A stretch of DNA of 64,000 nt from Thermoanaerobaculia bacterium. Its GTDB lineage: Bacteria > Acidobacteriota > Thermoanaerobaculia > Gp7-AA8. The notes beneath the pieces were generated by a model, which worked only from the letters and a program-made list of their open reading frames with translations, ran no database searches and was not told where the DNA came from. Shown here one piece after another: positions 57,303-64,000 of this stretch (the first letter of the stretch is position 1; each line of letters starts with the position of its first letter). Where the stretch lies: positions 35,776 through 99,775 of the forward strand of contig DATKCA010000025.1 in the NCBI GenBank assembly GCA_035544675.1, given 5' to 3'. The position numbers and the translations under genes were made by a program.

Positions 57303-58776
57303 GAATGGTCCTGGCCTGGTAATCGATCGTCCGGCTGTACTCGTAACCGGCCCTGAGTGAGAACCCGGCAATGGGCCGTGTGGTGAGGTCGAGCCGGGCC
57401 CGGAAGGGCTCGTACACCCGCTCGAAGGCGAACGGCACGATCGTCGCGGGCAGAGGCTCGGCGCCGGCGCCCGGCGCGAACGCGATGCCCTTGTCGCGCG
57501 CCTGGCCGCCGTCCAGCTGCGCGCGAAGCGCTCCTCCTCCCGGCCACTTCAACTCTCCGCCGATGATGCCGCGACCCTCTGTCAGATCCACCGGCGTCCA
57601 ATACGGGATGTAAAGGCCGCGATAGGTGTACCGGAATTGACCGGAGGGCAGGCGCGACGACGACACGGAAATCTCGAAGAAGCGCGCGTCATCGGTATCC
57701 CGGTGCGCGGCGGAGAGTCCGGCCCAGATGCCGAACCGGTCATGCCGGACGATCGGGACGATTCCGTACGCGTACGCCAGCGTGCCGCGGTTTCTGTCCT
57801 CGTACTGGAGGCGCTCGAGATGCACGGCGGCGCTGCGGCCGCTCGCGTCCTCTCGCTTCCACTCCAGCGTCGTGCTGCGCACCATGGCGTACTTCTCCGC
57901 GGGATTGGTGAGGATCTCGCGCTGGCCCGCCGCTGCCGAGATCGCCGAGCGCCCTGCTCGCAACGTGAGCACGATGCTGCCGATCGGCTCCGTCTGGCCG
58001 GCCGGAAGCCGGATGGCCCCTGCCGAGGCGGAGAGCGTGAGCCGCTGCCAGGGAAATGCGCGCTCGACTCCGGCCGTGATTCGCGGAGCCGTCGACGTCC
58101 GGCCGTCGAACGGCCGGTGCAGCCGCCACGTGCCTGCAGAGAGGTCCCATCGCGTCAGTGGATCGGCGAACCCGGTCGCGGCGACTCCGGCCAGGGCGGC
58201 GTGAAACGGCTGATCGTCCCTGGTCGCCGTTGCCTCGATCCGTTGGGTGGGACGCATCGCAGCCTCGATCTCGGTCACGCTTTTGCGCGCCAGCTCGCGG
58301 GCCGGATCCTTCGCCAGCACGCGCCGGAACTCGCGCAGCGCCGTGGTGTAGTCACCCTGCCAGTACGCAGCGGTGGCGCCTCCCTCGAGCGCTTCGACCC
58401 CTTCGGCCGCCTGGAACTGCCGGCGCGCCTCGGCGTACCGGCCGCTCCACAGCAGCGCCCGGGCCAGGCCGAGGCGGGCGCGCGGGGGTGGTAGCGGGCC
58501 ATCCAGCAGCGCGCGATACCGCCGCACGGATTCGTCGAGCTCGTTGTTCCACGCCAGCGTCTCCGCAAGTATGATCTCGTCTTCCGCGGTGCCTTCGGGA
58601 GAGGCGACGACCACCCTCAGCAATGCGATGGCCGGCCCGAATTCGCGGCGGTCCCGGTGCTCGAGTGCGGACTTTCTCGCGTCTGCGGTTGTAAGCTGTG
58701 CTTCGGAGGTACGCGAGGGGCTGAGCAGGATCAACACGATTACGGCGCCCAGCACGCCCGTCCGCGAGGATTGCAC
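57277..58776 (-). CDS. TPR-repeat protein with beta-rich C-terminal domain (putative exopolysaccharide export component)
   Basis: Signal peptide, about 4 TPR-like repeats, then roughly 300 aa of alternating beta-strand pattern. Does not end in an aromatic residue, so barrel assignment is tentative. Confidence 0.5.
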   Translation of the reverse strand: MQSSRTGVLGAVIVLILLSPSRTSEAQLTTADARKSALEHRDRREFGPAIALLRVVVASPEGTAEDEIILAETLAWNNELDESVRRYRALLDGPLPPPRARLGLARALLWSGRYAEARRQFQAAEGVEALEGGATAAYWQGDYTTALREFRRVLAKDPARELARKSVTEIEAAMRPTQRIEATATRDDQPFHAALAGVAATGFADPLTRWDLSAGTWRLHRPFDGRTSTAPRITAGVERAFPWQRLTLSASAGAIRLPAGQTEPIGSIVLTLRAGRSAISAAAGQREILTNPAEKYAMVRSTTLEWKREDASGRSAAVHLERLQYEDRNRGTLAYAYGIVPIVRHDRFGIWAGLSAAHRDTDDARFFEISVSSSRLPSGQFRYTYRGLYIPYWTPVDLTEGRGIIGGELKWPGGGALRAQLDGGQARDKGIAFAPGAGAEPLPATIVPFAFERVYEPFRARLDLTTRPIAGFSLRAGYEYSRTIDYQARTIHASLVRQR

Positions 58777-58834
58777 GCCGCGAGATTAGCAGACCTCGCA
58801 AACGAAACAGGTCTTTGCACACCAATGAATAACG

Positions 58835-58840
58835 TATAAT
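58835..58840 (+). promoter_or_regulatory. candidate -10 box TATAAT in AT-rich divergent spacer
   Basis: ttgcac-N14-tataat sits 33 nt upstream of the PP2C start. The short spacer lowers confidence. Confidence 0.25.
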
Positions 58841-58873
58841 CGGCAGCCGTCCGCCTAAGGGGAAGCCGTCCAA

Positions 58874-60214
58874 ATGTCAGATCAAACGGCGAATGCCGTT
58901 TTTGATAGCCGTCTCATTGTCCGGGCAGCGCTCCGCACCGACGTGGGAAAAGTGCGCTCGGAAAACCAGGATTTCGGCACGCTGACCAGCGAGCAGGAAG
59001 AGCGCAACAGTCAGCCCGGTGGAAGGCTGCTCGTCGTCGCGGACGGCATGGGTGGGCATCGCGGCGGAGCCACGGCCTCGCGCCTGGCCGGAGAGACGGT
59101 CAAGGCGAAGTACCTGGGAAGCAGCACGAGGGACATCCCTTCCGCGCTCCGCGATGCGCTCTCGGTCGCGAACCGGCGCATCTTTTCCGAGGCCCAGGCC
59201 AATCCTGATCTGCGTGGGATGGGAACGACGACCTCCGCATTGGCCGTGCGCCAGAATCAAGGCTGGTTCGCGCACGTCGGCGACTCGCGGATCTACATGA
59301 TCCGCGGCGAGGAGATCCGGCAGCTCACCGACGATCACTCGCTCGTCGCAACGATGATGCGCGAAGGGCTCCTCACCGCCAAGGAGGCCGAGAACCATCC
59401 GCGACGCAATGTCCTGCAGCGTTCCATCGGAGTCGGCGAAGAGGTCGAGATCGACATCAAGGGCCCGATCGACCTGCACGAGGGCGACATGTTCATCCTC
59501 TGCAGCGACGGCCTTCATGGCCTGGTGAAAGAGGATGAGCTGAAGGAAGTGGTGCAGATGGGCGTCGACGAGGCGGCGGATGAGTTCGTCAAGCGCGCGC
59601 TCGAGCGCGGCGCGCCGGACAACGTCACCGTCATCGTCGCGCGTGTCGAGCGCGCCACTGCTGACGACGATACCATCGCCGCAGCCACGCTGGACGGGAG
59701 GACGCTCGATCAGGCCGCGTTCGACGAGACGATTTCCGACGACACGGTGCGTGAAGTCCCGACGCCGACGTTGCCGGGCCAGATCCCGCTGGCCGCAACG
59801 GCCGAGGTGGCACTCCCTTCTGCCGGGGCGCTGCCGATCACGGCCGAAGTGCCCCTGCCGTCCGCGCCGGCGAAGGACGAGAGCAACGTCTCGACGGAAA
59901 AGATCGTCGCGTTGAAGGAAAACACGGACAAGATCCCGGCCCTGGCCGTGACAGCCGAAGTGCCTCTGAAGCCGGAAACACCTTCGCGCGCGGGAGCGAA
60001 GGCCGACGTCGACGCGACGATTCGCGTTGCTCCGGTCACGATGCCGGCGACGCCGCCGAAGCGACCGGTGGGGAAGCCGGTGCGCAAGTCCGGACGCAAT
60101 CTCGTGAAGTGGACGCTGATCTTTGTTGTCGTGCTCGCCGCGGCGGGCGCCTGGCTGTTCTGGAGCCAGCAGCAGGGGTTCGCCGATTCGTCATCGACCT
60201 CTCAGCGGCGGTAA
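58874..60214 (+). CDS. PP2C-family Ser/Thr phosphatase with repeat-containing linker and C-terminal TM anchor
   Basis: VADGMGGH, HVGDSRIYM, DGLHG and APDNVTVIV PP2C motifs. The tail has AEVPL repeats and one TM. Confidence 0.9.
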   Translation: MSDQTANAVFDSRLIVRAALRTDVGKVRSENQDFGTLTSEQEERNSQPGGRLLVVADGMGGHRGGATASRLAGETVKAKYLGSSTRDIPSALRDALSVANRRIFSEAQANPDLRGMGTTTSALAVRQNQGWFAHVGDSRIYMIRGEEIRQLTDDHSLVATMMREGLLTAKEAENHPRRNVLQRSIGVGEEVEIDIKGPIDLHEGDMFILCSDGLHGLVKEDELKEVVQMGVDEAADEFVKRALERGAPDNVTVIVARVERATADDDTIAAATLDGRTLDQAAFDETISDDTVREVPTPTLPGQIPLAATAEVALPSAGALPITAEVPLPSAPAKDESNVSTEKIVALKENTDKIPALAVTAEVPLKPETPSRAGAKADVDATIRVAPVTMPATPPKRPVGKPVRKSGRNLVKWTLIFVVVLAAAGAWLFWSQQQGFADSSSTSQRR

Positions 60215-60218
60215 CCCT

Positions 60219-61859
60219 ATGTTGACCCGTTCCCTCGGTGCAATGGGTCTGATCGCCGTGGCCGTCGGCGTGAGTGGCTGCCGCAGGGATGAAGTGCGGC
60301 TCGACGAGGTTCAGAAGATGGCTTATAGCGTCAAGCCTGCCGTTGTGCGCGTGAACGCGTTCGCGACGGCCGAGTTCCGCTATTCGGGCCGGGCCATCTT
60401 CGAAGTCGCCGCGCAACTCACGCGCGACGGCCGTGATGTCGATCCGCGCAGCATCCCCGATCAGGAGGTCGGCGTGGAGACCGGCGCGGGCGGATCGGGC
60501 AGCGGCTTCGTGGTCAATCCGAACGGGTACATCCTCACGAACCTCCACGTGGTGGCGCCTACGCGCGACGCCGCCTCGCTCGAGCGTGACCTGCGCAGGA
60601 ACGGGGCGATCTCCGCGCTGGTCCGGCATTTTCCGATCGACCAGCTGCGCGCGCTTTATCGCGACGACGTCCTGGACCGTTACATCGACGTCGTGGCCAG
60701 GGCGGGACGCCTCGCCAAGACCAAAACGGTCAACGAGGTCGAGCTGTCGAACGGCGAGAAGCTGCCTTTCACGATCCAGCGGTTCTCCCCCGCGCTCACC
60801 GAGCGCGGGAACGACCTGGCCCTCCTGAAGATCAACCGGAAGAACCTTCCGGTGCTGCGCCTCGGCGACTCCGAGGCGGTTGGCGTCGGGGAATCGATCT
60901 GGTCCGTCGGCTATCCGGCCGTGGCCAGCAGCACCGACGACATCATCGGCGGCTGGCTCTCCCGGGAGAGCGACCTCGAAGCGACGTTCAACCCGGGGAC
61001 GATCACTGCGATCAAGAGCAATGTCGCGAATGCGCCGGTATTTCAATCGAACGTCGCGATCTATCGAGGCAACTCCGGCGGACCGGCCGTGAACCGCAAC
61101 GGCGAGGTGATCGGTGTCTCCACATGGGGCCACACGAGCGCCGAGCAGATCAAATTCCTCGTTCCGGTCAATGCGGCGCGGTCGCTCGTCACGTCCGCCG
61201 GTGTGCAGCCGAACGTGGAGAGCGACTTCGATCGCTACTACCGCGCGGCGCTCGACGCAGCCGCGGAAGGGCGGTGGGCGGGGGCGCGAAAGAACCTGGC
61301 CACGGCATCGCAGCTCTTCCCGAACTCGCCGGACCTCATTCGATTCCGCCGCGACACCGACCGCGCCATCACCCGTGTGCCGGGCTGGCAGCAGTATCCG
61401 CTCGCGGTGGCGGTTCTGGGCGGTGGAGCCGTGGCGATCGCGTTTGTCGGGGTTGTGGCCATCGTGGCCGGGAACCGCCGGCACAAAGCCCCTCGAGAGG
61501 TGCTGAACAGCCAGGCGGTGGAGTCTGTGGTGGCGCCGGCGGGAACCTCGCCCAACAGGATGCTCGGGCGTTTCACCATCCTCAACGGCCTTCGCGCTGG
61601 CGAGAAGCTGGGACTGGGCGGGTCAGGCATCCGGATCGGGCGTGAGTCGGCCATCTGCGAGATCGTGCTGGAGAATCCAAAGGTGTCACGGCTTCATGCC
61701 GAAGTGGTATTGCTCGACGGCAAGGTGATGCTGATCGACAGGAATTCCTCAAACGGTACATACGTAAACGATCAAAAGATCGATCGGCGATATCTCAGAG
61801 ACGGCGACATCATTCACTTCGGTGGGCGCAATGCCGTGGCGGTGGCGTTTCATGTTTAG
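60219..61859 (+). CDS. trypsin-like serine protease (S1C) - TM - FHA domain fusion lipoprotein
   Basis: Lipobox VGVSGC. Catalytic triad: His in TNLHVV, Asp in NDLALLK, Ser in GNSGGP. Then a TM and a C-terminal FHA (RIGRESAICEIVLENPKVSRLHAEV...SSNGTYVND). Confidence 0.8.
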   Translation: MLTRSLGAMGLIAVAVGVSGCRRDEVRLDEVQKMAYSVKPAVVRVNAFATAEFRYSGRAIFEVAAQLTRDGRDVDPRSIPDQEVGVETGAGGSGSGFVVNPNGYILTNLHVVAPTRDAASLERDLRRNGAISALVRHFPIDQLRALYRDDVLDRYIDVVARAGRLAKTKTVNEVELSNGEKLPFTIQRFSPALTERGNDLALLKINRKNLPVLRLGDSEAVGVGESIWSVGYPAVASSTDDIIGGWLSRESDLEATFNPGTITAIKSNVANAPVFQSNVAIYRGNSGGPAVNRNGEVIGVSTWGHTSAEQIKFLVPVNAARSLVTSAGVQPNVESDFDRYYRAALDAAAEGRWAGARKNLATASQLFPNSPDLIRFRRDTDRAITRVPGWQQYPLAVAVLGGGAVAIAFVGVVAIVAGNRRHKAPREVLNSQAVESVVAPAGTSPNRMLGRFTILNGLRAGEKLGLGGSGIRIGRESAICEIVLENPKVSRLHAEVVLLDGKVMLIDRNSSNGTYVNDQKIDRRYLRDGDIIHFGGRNAVAVAFHV

Positions 61860-61885
61860 GATGGGTATGGGCAGGAGAGGACGTC

Positions 61886-62596
61886 GTGGCTGATAAACGG
61901 TGCGCCAACGGGCACTTCATCGACGAGTCATGGGATCTGTGTCCCTATTGCCCGGTCGAGAACGTCGAGCCGGACATCCCCATCGTGCGCCCGACCAGGG
62001 CCGTACCGCAGCCCGAGCCGGCGCGCGCCGTCGCGGTGCCGCCAGCCCCGCCCATCCGGCGCGAAGTTCCGCAGCCGCTCCCGGCGGTGGTGCCGGCGGC
62101 CATCCCGCCACCCACCGCCCCCGTGAGCGCGCAGCCTGCGGCGACGGCGGCCGCTCCACCGGTCGCTCCGGTGGCCGACCGTCCCTCCACCCCTCCCATG
62201 GAGAGGACCATCGCCGTTCCGAAGATGGAGACCGGAGCGGCTGCCAAGCGATACGTTGTCGGCTGGCTGGTGGGGCTGAACGGGGCGTTGCGGGGTGAGT
62301 CGTACGCGGTCCGGATCGGGCGCAACGTTCTTGGCCGGGACAAGAAGTCGGACATCGTCGTCAACGACGATCAGGCCTCGGCGCATCACGCCGATCTGGT
62401 GTTCCGGCCGGAGGAGCGCCGCTTCATCCTGATGGACCACAACTCCACCAACGGCACTTACGTGAACGAGAGCGAGATCGAGCCGCGGCGCGATCTGGCC
62501 GGCAAGGACGTCATTCGCATCGGGTCGCACAGGTTCCTCTTCATGCCGCTGTGTCATGACGGCTTCTACTGGGATGATGAGGGCGCGTTGAAATGA
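61886..62596 (+). CDS. zinc-ribbon - Pro-rich linker - FHA domain protein
   Basis: N-terminal C..H....CPYCP ribbon, about 90-aa Pro/Ala linker, then FHA (RIGRNVLGRDKKSDIVVNDDQASAHHADL...STNGTYVNE). Confidence 0.75.
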   Translation: MADKRCANGHFIDESWDLCPYCPVENVEPDIPIVRPTRAVPQPEPARAVAVPPAPPIRREVPQPLPAVVPAAIPPPTAPVSAQPAATAAAPPVAPVADRPSTPPMERTIAVPKMETGAAAKRYVVGWLVGLNGALRGESYAVRIGRNVLGRDKKSDIVVNDDQASAHHADLVFRPEERRFILMDHNSTNGTYVNESEIEPRRDLAGKDVIRIGSHRFLFMPLCHDGFYWDDEGALK

Positions 62597-63843
62597 TCGG
62601 TAACGTCATCGGCAACTACCGGATCGAGCGCGAGCTCGGCGAAGGAGGGATGAGCCACGTGTACGTGGGTCGCACTCTGGCCGCGAACGAGACCCTGCCC
62701 ACGGACTTCCAGGTCGTGCTGAAAATCATGTCCGAAGAGCTGGCCGGCGAGCTGACGGCGCGCAAGCGCTTCGTGAAAGAGGCGCAGATCCTGTCCAAGC
62801 TGCGTCATCGCTACATCACGCGTTTCTACGAGTTCATCAACAACGACAGCGGAGCGACGCTGGTCATGGAGTTCGTCGACGGCATGCCTGTCGACATGCT
62901 GATCGCCGAGAAGGGCGCGCTGCCGCTTCGCGACGCCATCACCATCACACAATGCATGCTGGAGGCGCTCGTCTACGCTCACGGCAAGGGGATCGTGCAC
63001 CGCGACATCAAGCCGGCCAACCTGATCCGCGAGAAGGGCGGGACGGTGAAGGTCACCGACTTCGGCATCGCCAAGATCAAGGAAGGCGCCGGCGTGACCG
63101 GCCAGACCGTGCTCACCAAGTCCGGATTCCTCCTGGGCACACCGCACTACATGTCGCCGGAGCAGATCCGCGAGCCGAAAGACGCCGGCGCGAAGTGCGA
63201 CATCTACTCCGCGGGAGTCGTTCTGTACGAGATGCTCACGGGGACGCTGCCGTTCAACAGCCGGTCGCTTCCGAAGCTCATTGACGCGATCTATCGCGGT
63301 GACAAACCGGTGCCTTCGTCGCTGCGCCCCGAGATCGACAAGGCACTCGAGGCGATCGTGCTCAAGTCGATGCACCCCCGTCACGATCAGCGCTACGAGA
63401 CCGCGCGCGAGTTCTACGAGGAGCTGGAGGAGTACACGGCCCGCCAGCCCATCGCCGGCGGCCTCGGTCCGACCGCACCCGCCTCCTCCCCGGTGTTCGG
63501 CTCGTCGCCGAACCTCGCGGCGCCCCAGGCGTCTCAGGCGGCCCCGCAGCAGTGGGCCCTGGTCAACGTCAAGCCCGAAGGAAACGAGAAATACCCGATT
63601 CAGGGCGAGAACATCATGGTCGGGCGCGATCGCACCTGCGCCATCGTCCTCACCCATCCGGCCGTTTCGCGGCGGCACGCGCGCATTACCCTCACCGGCG
63701 CCTCGCCCGTCCTGGAAGACCTGAAGTCGGCCAACGGTACGTACGTCAACAACACCCGGGTCGACCGTGTGAAGCTCAAGGCCGGCGACGTCGTCCGTTT
63801 CGGCGCTGACCCGTCATGCAGTTACGTTTTGAGGGATCACTGA
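62593..63843 (+). CDS. Hanks-type Ser/Thr protein kinase with C-terminal FHA domain
   Basis: GEGGMSHVY, VLK, HRDIKPANL, DFG and SPE kinase subdomains. C-terminal FHA (MVGRDRTCAIVLTHPAVSRRHARI...SANGTYVNN). Confidence 0.94.
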   Translation: MIGNVIGNYRIERELGEGGMSHVYVGRTLAANETLPTDFQVVLKIMSEELAGELTARKRFVKEAQILSKLRHRYITRFYEFINNDSGATLVMEFVDGMPVDMLIAEKGALPLRDAITITQCMLEALVYAHGKGIVHRDIKPANLIREKGGTVKVTDFGIAKIKEGAGVTGQTVLTKSGFLLGTPHYMSPEQIREPKDAGAKCDIYSAGVVLYEMLTGTLPFNSRSLPKLIDAIYRGDKPVPSSLRPEIDKALEAIVLKSMHPRHDQRYETAREFYEELEEYTARQPIAGGLGPTAPASSPVFGSSPNLAAPQASQAAPQQWALVNVKPEGNEKYPIQGENIMVGRDRTCAIVLTHPAVSRRHARITLTGASPVLEDLKSANGTYVNNTRVDRVKLKAGDVVRFGADPSCSYVLRDH

Positions 63844-63865
63844 TGAATGCCCCCCAGGAGTCGTC

Positions 63866-64000
63866 ATGAGCCAGATCAATTGCCTTCGCTGTAAAGAGCC
63901 GATCGACGAGCAGCTGGAGCAGTGCCCGGCGTGCGGCGAGAAGGTGACCAGTTTCCAGAGGACGTATGCGACGCGTCTAATCGATGGCAAGTACCAGATC
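63866..64000 (+). CDS. zinc-ribbon protein (3'-truncated at window edge)
   Basis: MSQINCLRCKEPIDEQLEQCPACGEK. RBS CAGGAG upstream. Confidence 0.45.
   Translation, partial: MSQINCLRCKEPIDEQLEQCPACGEKVTSFQRTYATRLIDGKYQI

Overview
This is a high-GC (~67-68%) bacterial chromosomal window. Gene content and bshABC suggest an Acidobacteria-like lineage. It is densely packed, with about 60 CDS and no rRNA, tRNA or CRISPR found. Contents in order: the tail of a suf Fe-S operon (sufC' DSUT); a convergent cluster of small membrane proteins with N-terminal zinc ribbons or Pro-rich tails (pilin-like, CD225, DUF2752, TM2-like, DUF4870-like); an envelope block (ddl, an MCE protein with a long C-terminal extension, maf, a single-ORF Phd-ParE fusion, galU); a BNR/Asp-box protein and KDPG aldolase (eda); an MglA-like GTPase with a ~120-aa tail; bacillithiol genes bshC-bshB-bshA; slt; proS; a FadL-like outer-membrane protein; a five-gene overlapping operon (LLM oxidoreductase, asparaginase-II family, aldehyde dehydrogenase, LigB-type dioxygenase, and a second LigB-like subunit fused to RidA); two GGDEF-EAL proteins; glycosyltransferase family 4 (GT4), Trm112-like and O-antigen-ligase-like genes; an ECF sigma / anti-sigma (HEAT) / DUF4097 module; housekeeping genes (cyclophilin, APH-like kinase, IDH, siroheme decarboxylase, nitroreductase, CDGSH, lepB); an FHA-GAF-cyclase; a repeat protein; a putative synthase-dependent exopolysaccharide locus (TPR/beta-rich exporter, GT2, GH26-like); and a Ser/Thr phospho-signalling island (PP2C, protease-FHA, Zn-ribbon-FHA, STPK-FHA, Zn-ribbon). 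The most recurrent non-genic signal is a dispersed family of intergenic hairpin elements built from tandem heptamers (TTAGTCC / CCTAAGG and CCCGAGR variants), plus one nested perfect palindrome. Coordinates derived by hand may be off by 1-3 nt. Where a six-frame ORF coordinate was supplied it is authoritative.
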